DNA of 57,235 bases, counting the filler, from Bipalium vagum (lineage: Eukaryota), in NCBI GenBank assembly GCA_037834085.1. It is 3 parts of 3 records of this genome, joined end to end, with 100 filler letters (N's around TTAATTAATTAA, not from the genome) between each part and the next. Parts side by side here need not be neighbours in the genome. Positions count along the whole stretch, not along the records: positions 40,903 to 57,235 come from JBBMKC010115714.1; 2 more parts are not named here. One strand, 5' to 3'. Position numbers and translations under genes: made by a program. The number at the start of each line of letters is the position of its first letter. Positions within the stretch are counted from its first letter, which is position 1. The notes beneath the pieces are model-generated. The model did no database searches. It saw only the letters and a list, made by a program, of their open reading frames with translations, and was not told where the DNA came from. This document shows, piece after piece, positions 41,323 to 54,500 of the stretch.

Positions 41323-41865
41323 TTATTTCACCTTGAATATTATAAATAGCTTTCTTAAAAGTTGTACAAAATCAAACATTAATTTTAATGGAAATCTACC
41401 TTGAAATTTAGATAAATATAATTTTTTTCTTGTCTGAAATCCTTTATTATTTTTTGTTTCATCTTTTTTAATTTTATCAGGAATCCATCCAAATAATTCT
41501 CCATCATTATTTTTATCAATCATTATAAAATTAGTTATAGAATTTGATGGACCTAATTTTTGAATAGTTTCAACTTCTGTTGATCCTAATTTTAAAGTTG
41601 CATTTGAAAATAAATAAGGAAAAAAGTTATTTTGTAAAGTAATATTATCTTCTGGTTTTATTCCTTTTATTTCAATTTCATAAATAAAATAAGCTTCATA
41701 TAAATTTAAAGGATTTGTTTTTGGTGTTATGGTAAATGTTAAATTTTCATTATCATTTAAATTTGTAATTGTTTCTGGATCTAATCTTACTTCATAATAA
41801 TCTGTTTTCTCATATGCTGTTTTTCAATTATAGTAATTTTTATCGTAATTCAATACTTCTTCCAT
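41323..41865 (-). pseudogene. Polinton/Maverick double-jelly-roll major capsid protein, truncated
   Basis: MEEVLNY..TNLNDNENLTFTITPKTNPLNLYEAYFIYEIEI..ITLQNNFFPYLFSNATLKLGSTEVETIQ..NNKGFQTRK..RFPLKLMFDF; one internal stop. Confidence 0.7.
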
Positions 41866-41919
41866 TTTTTTAAAGAAAAAAAATTTTTTTTAGAAAATAT
41901 ATTTACTTTCAAAAAGCTA

Positions 41920-42250
41920 AAGGTTCTATTTTTTTAGTCTCTAAATTTATAAAAAAATTATTATATTTTTGAAAACTGTATAAATAATCAAACTCTTCTT
42001 TTTCAATAAAATGTGATAACATTTTTGAATAAATTTGAAATTTATCAGTTTGAGAAATTTCAAATAAAATTTCTTATTGAACTTAATGGTAAATCAAAAA
42101 ATGATTGAGATAAATATAATACTGAACATTTATTGTGTCTTCCTCTAGTAAAATACATTTTCATAATAGTTTGATTTTTTCATTTATTACATCAAAAATA
42201 ATTAAATTTTTTAATTTTAAATTTTAATGTTACTCTAATTTCTCGGACTT
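41920..42250 (-). pseudogene. A32-like packaging ATPase, C-terminal fragment
   Basis: YFTRGRHNKCSVLYLSQSFFDLPLSSIRN (arginine-finger/sensor motif of A32/FtsK-type viral ATPases). Confidence 0.8.
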
Positions 42251-42299
42251 TATAAGTGTAATTTTTTAATCAAATTTATATATTTTTTCATTTTTAAAT

Positions 42300-43588
42300 A
42301 TTTGACAAACTTCTTCTAATAATAATAATAAATTGGAAAATTTGGTCTTTCTATAATTTTATATCCTCCTCTAACAGTGTTTGCTGGGAACTCAAAAATT
42401 ATATTTGTTTCTTACCATTAAAATATGATCCATTTACAACATTACAATCTACCATAATATTATTTATATTTGAAATATTAACTTTTTTAGAATAATGAAT
42501 TCCTTCAGAATACACCTTAATTTCAAACTCTAAAAAATAGCTAGTGAATTATTGTGAGGAAAATGAACTTCACATCCTTTTGCTATTTTCATTATACAAT
42601 TCCCTGAAACAGAATTTGGTTTAATTTTTATGTAATATTCTTTATCAATGGTTTTACCATTTGGACCTATAGTCGCTCCCAAAGCTTTTAAAGTTTTACC
42701 ATATTTTAATTCATTTTCTATAACTTTTGATATTCAATTTCATAAGCACCGAGAGTTATTCTGATATTTTTTGTAACGGGTAAATTTTTACTATTTATTA
42801 CTGTTATATTAATTCTATTATTATCTTCATTTATATTAAATATAGAATTATAAGTTTAAAAATAAACTAATCCCAGTTCATAATTTAAATTGGGATCAAG
42901 ATTTAAAGTACCCATTTGTCCAGCTTCTTCACTTTTCCAATTTGTCCGAGGTGTCTCACAATTGTTGAATGGTGAACCTGAAGTTCTTTACAACTTCTCT
43001 TGTGGTTTTCCTTGAATCAGATTCGATGTCAGCCTCTAATTGATCATTTTCTACAGCTGATGGATGGTCACGACATTCTTTATCCTCCAGATTATAATTA
43101 TTGTTTTCAAACTTTAAGAGCCAACGCTGAACTACTGTTTTGTTCACGCTTCCTATTCTTAAATATTTCGTGCTATTTCCGCAGCACTTCTGCCTAGCTT
43201 AAACTCATAAAAATATATTTTACTTAGTCCTTTTTCGACATCTAAAACATATACGACATGTAGTATTCATTTCTAAATAAATTATGAAATATTTAAATTT
43301 TACTTTAAATTATTATTTAATTAATGCTCTTAAACAAGTGAATAACAATTAGATTTTAAAAAGTGTATTGTTTAGTTAAAAATTGCTTTAGTTAAACAAT
43401 GCAAAAAGATGCCTTATTTTTGCACCAATCTAATTTAACCATAATAAATCTTTTTAAAATCTTTCTTCTAATTTAAAATTTTTTGCTCCTAAATATATTT
43501 CATAATATTTATTTTGTGGAAGTTTATTTTCAATTTTATTTAATTCTAGATTGGATAGGTTATTTAAATCGTTTCTTTTGGTTTCCAT
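42300..43588 (-). pseudogene. Polinton/Maverick minor capsid (penton) protein, interrupted by a mariner
   Basis: NLDPNLNYELGLVYF*TYNSIFNINEDNN ... VNISNINNIMVDCNVVNGSYFNG..FEFPANTVRGGYKIIERPNFPIYY. Confidence 0.7.
42905..43433 (-). mobile_element. Mariner 5' half nested in the penton gene
   Basis: YEFKLG, TVVQRWLLKF..LEDKECRDHPSAVENDQLEADIE..TTREV, IGKVKKLDKWV; TIR-like TTAGATTGGTGCAAAA. Confidence 0.85.
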
Positions 43589-43849
43589 TTTTTAAGAAAA
43601 AAATTGATTTTTTCAATCTTAAATTTTTTGATTTTTTTACTTTTTTTTAGTTATTGTTTAGTTATATTTTTAGTGATTTTTTTTAGTAATTTTTTTAAGA
43701 AAAAAATATTTTATTTTTATGCGACACAGCGTACTACTTTGGTAAACACGTTTTTGACGAACGAACGAGTATGTTTGCCGAGAGGCACGCATATGAGTGA
43801 GTGAGGAAAAAATGGGGGTATTTCTAATGTGTATTTCTAAATCAACTAA

Positions 43850-44910
43850 CCATGTCTAAAGAATTTGAAGTAAGATTAAGCAGTATCTACTGTTCAAGCA
43901 CAGGACGAAATTTTAAAAATATTCAGAGTTCAATAATAAATTTAATACAGTGTAGAATGTCAAGAAGATTTATGATGCAATCCTAATGCTGCCACATCTA
44001 AAAGAAAAGAACATAATCTGCGGAGGAACATGAATCGCAAAAGTCCTACTATGGTTCAGAGTTCCCAGGATCACATAAATTAAGATCCAGGTAAGTCAAT
44101 GAGGTCGATTGCAAGAGAACTTGATATATCGGAAAAAACATTGTTGCGAAAGGTACGATATATAGGTCATATGCTATTAAAAGAGGACAGTTCTTGAATC
44201 AGAAAGAAAGAGATAGCGTTAGAAAAGAGATAGGAAACTTTTAGTAAAATTGTAAAATCTGAAAAAAGTCACTCTTTTTCTAATGAAAAGAACTTTCAGA
44301 AAAATCAGAAAGTAAACAGAAGAAATAATTGTCAATGTTCCAATAATTCTAAAAAAAAATTACGGCTATAGTCAAGGTCTTGAATGTTGTCAGCATTGAA
44401 GTGGATATCATGGAATCATATTTCTTCTCTCAAGACTTGAAGATAAACAGTGGTTTATACTTGGAAGTTTAGAGGGACGTCGTGTGCTATGGATGAAAAA
44501 AGTGATCAATGGGCGTAATTTTATATACCAACTTTATATAAAATAACTTTTTATATAATTTTATATTTATTCTCCGGCTAATGTTCCTGAGTTCTGGCTA
44601 AAGAATATTTATAGCTCACTGAACATTAATTCGTTAGGTTATTATGTGTGAAGTGCTTGCGAAAGAGATGTTAATAATGAGCCTCATTCGACTATTGGGT
44701 CTTTAAAAGTAAAGATTAGCAAAGTATTTATGTCAATGGATAAGGTTAACCTATTTATAGCTTGCTCCATATTTCGTGGTAGAGCTGAAGCAATTATTAT
44801 ATCAAGTATATTATTTATATAAGTATATTATTTGTTTGGTTTAACAATATTTTTATTTTCTTACGAAACCATAAAATTATTTTCCAATTTATCGTACGCA
44901 TTCTGTATAT
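43850..44910 (+). mobile_element. Degenerate Tc1/maT(DD37D)-like element
   Basis: DPGKSMRSIARELDIS, FFSNEKNF, decayed SPDLNPLDYYVW motif. Confidence 0.7.
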
Positions 44911-45092
44911 ATTTAGATTTAAATAATTCAAAATATTCAAACAAGACAATTTTACTCTGAAAATGGTACTTATATACAATTCTAGTCTTGTATTATTTTG
45001 TTATTTATTATTACCTTTTATTACTTATTTGGAAAAATCTATAAAATCATACTATATAAACATACGCACGTACATAAACAAAATCTTTTCAG

Positions 45093-46271
45093 ATTGTCGA
45101 TTTTCAATTCGATTATACTGACTGCACTGAATCTTTGGGAAATAGTTGTTCTAATTCCATATCAAATCGATCAAAAACAGTTAATTGCAATTGTCTACTA
45201 AATCTCAACATTATACATCCAATACCAGTAATATTTTCCGTTAATAAATGATATTTGAACTAAATGTAGGCCCCTGTCTTCTTTTACTATGAGCTTCAAA
45301 ATTATTTCCAAAATCATCGAAACTTTCGATCATCAAGAGATTATAATCAGCTAAGTGGTGGAACTATGTCTAAGTTAAGCAAGGATTGTGAACCCATTAG
45401 ATATGTTTCTTCTTACAATGATTTAGTATATGCTCCGTGTGGTTTGTTTGCAAATTCTCTTTTCAATGGTAACGGATAGATTTTATACAGTGATTTATAA
45501 AATAACTTATAAAAAGATACATTTCAGATCAGATTGGAATTGAAAAACAAATCGTTTATCATTCCATGGTCTAATAAAAATATAGCGTGGAGAACAGACA
45601 GAAATGTTCTTTTCGGTAAACCATCTACTTGGAAAAATACTGTAAAACCTCCAAATTGGAAAATGACAGCATTGGAACGTAACATAAATTCTTATTCGGG
45701 GGATGAAGAGCTAATAGTGTGGATGAAAGGAGGATTTTCATCTAGGTTTAAGAAGTTACACAGAATTCTGATTACAAAATCATTTCCGTTTAAAAATGGA
45801 TTACCCAGTGGGAATTACACATTGCTTATTAATTATGGTAGGAAAATATAAAAGAAATTATTAAAAACTTATAATTTTAATAAAGATCACATTTAATTTT
45901 ATTGTTATAATTTATATTAACCAACTTCCGAAAATGTTCCTAGTATAATAATACTCTTTACTCGACTAAATCTGCAAATAAAACAATACGAAAATCAATA
46001 ACGTTTTAACATCTTTTGAAAATAATAATGTCCAATATTTGTCGGATGCTTTTATAAACTGAACTAAAATTAATACGTTGGGGTTTCTATATCCGAGACT
46101 TATTTGTTTTATTAAGTTAGATTGTAATGTGGCTCACCAACTTCTCTGAAAGAAGTGTAATTAATATGAGATTATGAAAAACCAAAATAACAATATCCTT
46201 TTTAAAAAGATATTTGCTTTATCACAAAATTATTTACAAATTTATGGATGCAACACCAACACGCTTTATTA

Positions 46272-46305
<34 letters not shown>

Positions 46306-47680
46306 TAGAAATATTATTATGATCCCTCTTGATTATCGAAAAATCGAAGAGTCCCTTTGTTTTTATTAAAAGTCTTACTCTAAACCCAAGAGTTAGTATA
46401 GATGTAAGAAATAGTAGGTGAAATAGTAAGAAAGAAAATAGAAGATTTGAAAAAGAATAGACAATGTAAAGAATTTTCTTTAATTGCCGAAGGTTGATTA
46501 ATTATATTATTTATTGATTTTAATAATAATTTTTTGCTTTAATGCTAGCTTTAATTTTAATTCGTCTTTTGTTCTTTAAAATTGAAGATTGCTCTTTACC
46601 GAATTCTTTCGTAGTTTTGAGTCTTGTCTTTAATTTTTTTGTTTGATTTTATTACTGAAAACAGGGGTTTATATAGTCCTGTTTTCAGCCATTAACGTTT
46701 ATGAATGGTTTAATTTTTTATTTACCAATTTTATCGCAATCTTTCTAATATTGTTAGCGATTGCAAGCGAATATTTATTTAAGCCAACTATGTCTTATAT
46801 TTTATTTATTTTCGGTAAATATGCCTTTTTTCCATATTATCTAAGGAATATTTATGAATTTAATCAAAAAGAATAAAATAGGATTTATTATTTTTGTCAC
46901 AAACAGAACTAAATTTTTCATGCACTAAAAAATATTATTTAATCACAAAGATGATAAACATATTTTACACTTGTGAAAACCTGTTCCCCGGCTTTTTGGA
47001 AAAAGAAATTTGGCACTCATATTCACAAGATTTCAATCCAATGGATTCTTCGTTTGGTCTATGTTGGAGCAAAAATATCAGTATTCAAATGCAATAACGT
47101 AGATTCCCTCAAAAGGGCTCTGATTCATGCATGGGATATAACAAAGGAACAATGTGCGACTATATTTGGGAATTTTCCGAAGCTTCTTAATTTATATATT
47201 GAATCCGGGTGAAGTAATTTTGGATATTTATTGTAATTTTTTCGTTTATAATTATTGTTATACTTTTCATAAATTATTATTACTGTTCAGACTAGTTGAT
47301 TAAGTAGTTTATATTTTATTTATCCACTTTCAAAGTATTTAGAAAAAAATACGGGAACTTTTCATCATGTATACTGAAACCTACATAATTAAAATCAAAC
47401 ATTTTCCTTAGAGCAATTTTTAAAACAAAAAATTGACCGACAAAGCACCAATTGAATCATTAATATAGAAGGAAAAAAAACTACGAAATATTTATTTTCA
47501 ATTATTTTAGCCTATCCAGTAAAAATTTTCAAAGGTCGAAAATCATTAATCATTTCTTCAACGGGAATACTAGGCGGGAAAAATAAGTTCAACTTTTATT
47601 TCCCCTTATTGCTCGGAACAATACACGTTATATTGGGAATCTTATTTATCAATTTAGATCGATTCACGGTGACACGGTAA
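45093..47680 (+). CDS. CDC50/LEM3/TMEM30 family P4-ATPase flippase beta subunit. Exons 45093-45227, 45270-45468, 45517-45837, 47511-47680; first coding exon not identified
   Basis: FDYTDC, PVFFYYELQNYFQNHRNFRSSRDYNQL, APCGLFANSLFNDTF, IAWRTD, ELIVWM..FKKL, GLPSGNYTLLINYAYPVKIFKGRKS..LGGKN plus C-terminal TM. In-frame GT-AG introns of 42, 48 and 1673 nt. Confidence 0.9.
46960..47350 (+). mobile_element. Tc1/maT-like 3' fragment in the CDC50 intron
   Basis: FLEKEIWHSYSQDFNPMDSS; VDSLKRALIHAWD..NFPKLLNLYIESG. Confidence 0.75.
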
Positions 47681-48108
47681 TCTAGTATTGGTAAATAACA
47701 ACTTTACTACAAAATAATTAAGAGAAAATATTCAAAATCTGACAATTGAAATTGGCCAAATTCAAAGTAAAAGAAAAGCTACAACGGGTAAAAATATTTA
47801 ATAAAAATAAAAAACTAACCAAAATATTTTGAAACAAATTTTCAACAAACAAATTCGATATTCACCGAAGCGCTACTGTACATGATATATAAAAATATAA
47901 AAATTTATAATACAAAATCTAACAGCGCTTTTTTAAAAGTACATTTGTAATTTGAGAATATTAATCTTCTATTCATACACGACAACAATAATAATGGTAA
48001 TAATATTATTACTGTTATTATTACAGAGACACAGATAGGGATAAAAAGATAATAATAACAACAAAGCTATATGATATGATGAAAGCACTTAGTTCTCATA
48101 AATAATGT

Positions 48109-51100
48109 CTACGACATCACATTCTCCGTTACATTCAACAGATCGTACATGATATCGTCGAATTCATCATTATTCAGTGGAGAATCCATAAAATCTGTTA
48201 GCGGAGTTGCTGGAAGATTTAGTTCATTCAAATTGAAATGGTCCATTTTGTCTTCCTGACAATCTTCGTTGAAAGACTGAAACACAGAAGAAAGCTTTAT
48301 TTAAAATAAACAGATATTACATAATATACAAATCAATAAAATAAATTTGTTTATCAGAGATTTATTATATGTAAAGTCAATTCTGAGGACTTTTGAAAAA
48401 AAAGCATTTATTTTAAAGACAACACATAATTATATTATACATATTTCCCATCGTTAGCTATAACATTGGTCCAAATTTCTGGTAACTTGTGAATGTCATT
48501 GTAAAAGAAATTTTCTTCATTAGACAAAATCCATTCATCGAGCCAAATATAAATTCACCATATTTGCAAAAGCGCTGTTCCGACAGTCCTAGGTCTCTCG
48601 ATCTGAAAAAACGGAAATCTGATGGCGCCATGTCTGGCAAAAATGACTGTATTTGCTACACGAGGTCGAGCGTTGTCATGTAACAAAATAACTTTGCCAT
48701 GTCTCTTGTTACATTCTGATCTTTTCTGAGTCAAAGCCATGTTAACTTGAATCAATTTTTGATCATAACGATTGGCGTTTACCATTATCTAATAACTCAT
48801 AGAAGACAACAACTTTCTGGTCTCACTAGATACACAACAAAGCCTACTACGAATGAATATTTTTGTTTCAACCCATGATTTCTTGCGTATTTGATTATCA
48901 AAATAAATCCATTTTTCATCGATTATAACAATAGGATACAATAAACAACTTTCTTCGGTATCTTTCATTAAAAATTCACAGGTTGCTTTTCGTTTTTCCA
49001 TACTCCTTTCATTTAGTTCATGAAGCATCCATTTTCCTTCGATTGAATTTTCCCATACCCAGAATAGTTGATTGGAAATGACGTGTTGAGACACATCAAG
49101 TTTGGTATGTCTCCTAATTCTGTATTTTTATATTTTTTGTTGACCTTGGAGTTTGTACCGCACCATGACCGCCGTCGCTTATTGTTTCATTTTTCATCCC
49201 CAGTTACAATACGCTTCAGAAATGGATCCAATGAATTCCATTTTAGGAAAGATTCGCATACCCCAATACGATCCAAAATGTTCTTTTCAGATAATGAATG
49301 AGGGATCCAAATATCCATCTTTTTTTTCATCCCAAGATTTTTCAAACGGTTCGCCACTGGGGAATGCTCAACGCCTAAATCCTGTGCAATTTCTCGCGTT
49401 GAGATATGCCGGTCTAATTAAATTACGACCAAGATTTGATCATCATCCGTTGTGATTGGACGTCTTTTGTGGGCACCATCTTCGAGACTGACATCCTCAC
49501 AACGAAAGCGCGAAAACCATCTTTGGCAGGTAACACTGTTTATGGCTGAGTTACCATATACGCTGCATATTTCACGTCGCGCTACTGCCGCATTTACCCA
49601 TTTTATTAAATAAAAAAAAACAAAACATGTCGATAATGCTGCTTCATATCAGCAGTTTTAATGGCTTTCTCCATCTTAAAAAATTATGATTAATCAATAA
49701 TTTTTTTGCAATAAATTTCAAATACCTCCAACTATATAATGATATTATTTAAACAACTTTGTATTAATAATTATTTGAGAAAATTTTGTATAAACTTTAT
49801 TATTTAAAAATAATGCAGAACTTATTCCACAACCCAATATAAAATATAATTAATAAACGTTGCCTTCATAATCTCTGCAAGGCCACGATCTAATTGGTAA
49901 TTTTTTAGTTTTGAATCATTTCCTGACAAGAATTTAAATTTTTTTCTTGAATAAATGGTAATAATGATATTTCTCTTAAACACTTCCATACTTGACCGAT
50001 TTCGATTAATATTACATGCTTTAATCAGTTTTAATTATCCAGTCCACTGCTACAGACATTAAGCAACGTCACATCGAATGATCAATAAAATGTAAAATGA
50101 CACTCTCACACCAAACATGTCTCCTGTTTTTTTGTTTTTGCATATTAATGAAGTAGCTATATAATTAAATGTGTCTAAAAGTCTATTGGAGGTAATATTC
50201 TATTTGGTTTTTTGGAAGTAAGCAAGAGCAAAAAAAAGTGTAATAAGATAATCAAATATTATAACCAATCATATTATATTTTAACAAAAAACATTGTCAA
50301 TAATTTTCATTTATTATTAAAAATCAATCTAAATATTATTATTTTATTAAAAATCAACATATATAATATTTTTTAATTAATTAAAAATCAACATATATAA
50401 TATTTTTTAATTAATTAAAAATCAACATATATAATATTTTTTAATTAATTAAAAATCAACATATATAATATTTTTTAATTAATTAAAAATCAACATATAT
50501 AATATTTTTTAATTAATTAAAAATAATATTTGATTGATTGAAAATCAGTGTTATTTTTATTTTTCAAATAATCGATCGAAATATTTTTTAGTTTACTGAA
50601 AATCAACCAAAAATCATTTTTAATCTTGTTGGTTTATTGTTTGGTAAAATGAATTGATAAAATATTGAAAACAGAGATATTAATACTCACCTCTAAAAAG
50701 AAATAATCGTCGTGTTTATTATGATTAGAGCTTTCCAATTCTAAAATTAATAAGTGAATAATTCACAGAAACAAAAAATCATTATTCAATTTAAAAAAAT
50801 TTCAATGAAAATTATGTTATAAGAATTCAATTTTATCTGTTATCTATTTATAAATTATTTGACAAGAATATTTTATTAATTTTTTTATAAAAATAATTAT
50901 TATTATAAGTAGTATTTGATTATACATATCGATCAAAAGTTTTTATTTGAAATAATTAACGATGAACCATGGATATCGATTTAATTAATCAAATTTAATA
51001 TCATAATTAAAACTACTCGATTATTTACTTATAGGTGAAATATTTATTAATATTGATTAGTAATATTTTAACTGTTTTGTAATATAGAAGCTTTGTTTTG

Positions 51101-53251
51101 TCAAAATGTTTACCAAAAAATATTGTACAAAAAAATTCTCGGAAAAATTAAAATCGCATTTTTTTTCGCATTGTTTATCGAAGGTGAATCGAATTTTTAA
51201 TTTTAGATAAATTTAAATTTATTATAAAAATTATTTTTTAATATAATCTTTTTGATTTATTTTTAGTTGTATATGAAAAAATTGCAAATTAGAACAATAA
51301 TTTTCCATGAGTGGAAAAAGGTTTCTGCTCAAGGATGCTTGAATAAAATGAATTGATCTTTAGGCGATGAGATTGTCCACTGTCTATAGGTTTTTAGAAA
51401 TTTCAAAGACGGAAAATTCAGATTGGAAGATGAAACACGTCATGGTCACCCAAAAGTAATGGATGATGCAGTTTTATTAAAACAAATCAAGCAAATCTGA
51501 CAATTAGAACCGATAAATTGTCGAAATTACTCAACACAACAAATCAAATGATTAGAAATTATTTCCAGTGTGGGATAAGTGGGAACCACGATCGCTTAGT
51601 GAAAATAGAGTGAATTTTTGTAAACTACTTGACATGCTCGAAAGAAGATTTTTCCCGAGAATGGTAACTGCTAATGAGAAATGGGTGTATTATGAAAACG
51701 TATCTAGACGCAGATCATATAAAAATTCAGGTGGAGAACGTATAGCAGTAGCTAAACGTGATTTGATTCATAAGAAGGTATTAATGCGTATTTTTTTGGA
51801 TATTAGGAGCTTTGTGTAAACAATTTCTGAAAAGTGGACAAACGCTTACTACAGAAGTATATATTCAACAATTAGATAAATTCAATTCAGTATTCAAAAA
51901 TACTTGGCCTTCACATCTAATTAGAAAAGGAATAATCTTCCAACAAGATAACGCCAAGCCACATACGTCAAATTTAACTACTACCTATTTAGATGTTTGC
52001 AGAATAGTTTATCTGGCACTACATTCAAATTGAGTGATGAAACAATTTCACAGGTTTTCTTAATTCCAAGGATCATGAGATTTCTTTAAAGAAGGCATTT
52101 ACAGGTTGTTGAAGCATTGGGAGCAAATAGTGAAAAACAATGGTGATATATATTTTAGACTAAGTAGTTTTTGTCATATTACTTGTAATTAATTAATTTT
52201 ATTACATTTTTATTTTCCCGAGAACTTTTTTTGTTACCTGATATTAATCAAAGTCATAAATATGACTAATAAAAATAAAAATTTAAAATTTGATTATAAT
52301 TAATCAATATTTAAAGTCAATAATTTCTAATGAATTATTTGATATAATTAATTTTATAATTAATTTAAATTAAAGTATAACATTTTTTAAAAATATAAAA
52401 ACTATTTCATAATAAAATATTTATTTCATTCAACTCAACTATTAATATTTACCAGTATTGATTTATAAAGATGAATAATTAAACAAATTTGAATTTGAAA
52501 TTTTATTCGATATCGTTTTTAGATGAATTTTTAATAGACAGATAAAATGTGTTATTATAATTTAACTTTATGTGTCACCGTGGTTTATATAACCAGAAAA
52601 TCAATTCTATTTCCTGAAATATTAAACTCTTGATTAATCACAATTGATCTTTCATAATTTTTCAAATTTCTTTTATTCAAATTTTATTTATTCTAATTAA
52701 AATCAATTATTTCTATTTCAATACTGTTCGGACTGATAAATTAACAAAATTATTCCACAATAAAATGTTAAATCGATACAATGAAGAATTTTATATTTAT
52801 AATTAATTTAATCATATTTAATAAGGATGTGTCAATAATAAATTCAGTGAAAAAGTGAAAGATAAATCAATTCTATATTGATTTGATTTTTAGAATTTAA
52901 ACGAATTAATAAAAAAAATTAAGACAATAAAATCTATAAATAGTTTAAAAAAATAATTATTTTCCTTACATATATTAATATAATTTATTTTAATCAATTT
53001 ATAAACTAATTTAATATATCAAAATAAATTAAATCAATAATAATAACAGTAATAATTACCATTATTAACAATTATAACAATTTTTATTGTTATTTATAAA
53101 GATGAAAAACAATAACAATAATTTCATACTCGTTGTTGTGGTCATGTCATCAAAATGGAAGTTGTTACTCAAATATGGAATGTCATTATTATTGTTGTTG
53201 TGATTGATGCTGTTAAATTTTGTAATATCATCAGACGACAATCGACAAGAT
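48109..53251 (-). CDS. Last three exons of an unknown gene (53251-53130, 50740-50691, 48276-48109), acidic C-terminus
   Basis: Phase-compatible GT-AG junctions give SCRLSSDDITKFNSINHNNNNNDIPYLSNNFHFDDMTTTT-KLESSNHNKHDDYFFLE-SFNEDCQEDKMDHFNLNELNLPATPLTDFMDSPLNNDEFDDIMYDLLNVTENVMS*. No family recognised. Confidence 0.55.
48420..49840 (-). mobile_element. Near full-length degenerate mariner with an internal unrelated insert
   Basis: TCQRWFSRFR, GKWMLHEL, IIDEKWIYFDN, LLHDNARPRVA, PDMAPSDFRFF; TIR TATTGGGTTGTGGAATAAG. Confidence 0.9.
50349..50518. repeat. 34-bp minisatellite, 5 identical copies plus degenerate flanks
   Basis: Unit AAAAATCAACATATATAATATTTTTTAATTAATT starting at 50349, 50383, 50417, 50451, 50485. 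Confidence 0.95.
51121..52243 (+). mobile_element. Degenerate mariner with both TIRs
   Basis: WDKWEPRSL, VTANEKWVYYEN, FQQDNAKPH; imperfect inverted ends ACAAAAAAAATTCTCGGAAAA / TTTTCCCGAGAACTTTTTTTGT. Confidence 0.88.
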
Positions 53252-53599
53252 CTAATAATTTTGAAAATTAAGACATAAACATCAATTTACATTATATATT
53301 TGATTTTAATTTAATCAATAATAGAAAAAGCTTCGTGATGACCATAAAGAAATTAAAACGAAAATCATTCCTAAGAAATTGATTTTATTTTTGACATTTA
53401 TGTGAACTTAAAATTCTCATGAAATGATCGATTCGAGTAAACAAAATTTTATTATTTTTAAAATAAATGGATAAAATACATGTTTTTCTTTAATCAAATG
53501 TCGATATTTGATATATGTTTAGAAAATCAGTAGATTAGTGAATAATGATCGATTTTTTTGAATTTGGACGATTTTAATCACTCTTTCAATAATGTAACA

Positions 53600-54500
53600 T
53601 ATTAGGTGTGAAAATTAATTTCCATCGACTTAAAAAACGTTCATTTGAAAGTAACAAAACCTTTATTGCACTCAAAAAAATTTTCGTCGGTAGCCGTTAT
53701 CTTGGACTATCTTTCAGGTAATAAATGGATTACTTGGTAGAAGAAATCTTGATCCTTAAAATAAAATCTACTGATCGATTCACATTTCATCTTCATAAGA
53801 TTTAAACGCGTTTCCGTTATGTGCTGCTTGGAATCAGATAATACAATGTCTGATGATTATGACTGGTTTTTTACAATTTCTTTTACTTGTATTTCAAGAT
53901 GTGACATCATGTAATTGTGTTGCAAAATAGTTTTTTGTTTCTTTGGGAATATTGTAGTCTCTTGGAACTTATTACTCTACTTAAATCCACTAATTGCTGT
54001 TAATATGGTTTACCAGTTACGGTTTCTGATTTTCTCAACAGATCGTAGTCCAAAATTCTCATTAGGTCCCACCAAATTCATAACAAAAATTTATTACTAT
54101 TTGTCTATTTTAGATGTTGATGTTTCACCAGACATTCTTCTGATTTCTTCCTTCTTATATCACACCGGTTACAATTCAATACCAAAATAAATTCCTTGTA
54201 AGGTTTTCTTTATGTCTTTCGGCCAATTCACGCGTAACCATATACCTTGCTTTTGTATCATTCCAATTGCGCAAAAATTTTTATCAACAGTAGATCTGTT
54301 AACACTGTTTGTTTCATTTCTTTAAGGGTTTAGTGCTTGTTAGCCTTCATCGTCAAAAATGGCTTGAACGATTTGTCTTGTAAGCTGTTGGCGAAATCAT
54401 TCTCTTCTTGCAGCTTTGAAAACCTCACTTTGTAATATTAATTTTCACAATATATAAAGATTTCTGCTATTGATTTCCTTAAAGAAACAGTAGTGTGATA
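53600..54500 (-). mobile_element. Highly decayed mariner-like remnant(s)
   Basis: TIR-like TATTAGGTGTGAAAATT at ~53599; decayed C-terminal KDQDFFYQVIHLLPER and WLRVNWPKD segments. Confidence 0.5.

Noticed and set aside
46654-46688. 11-bp inverted repeat CTGAAAACAGG...CCTGTTTTCAG around TATATA
   Set aside because: The hairpin is real, but it is isolated in an intron, probably a repeat-derived promoter fragment, and is not a bacterial terminator.
43604-46876. Hydrophobic Phe/Ile/Leu-rich short ORFs (43604, 44998, 46643; also 6820, 12204, 56719)
   Set aside because: Products of T-rich low-complexity DNA or antisense to transposon ORFs.
50319-50530. 34-bp repeats as a CRISPR array
   Set aside because: Head-to-tail copies with no spacers, eukaryotic context and no cas genes; this is a minisatellite.
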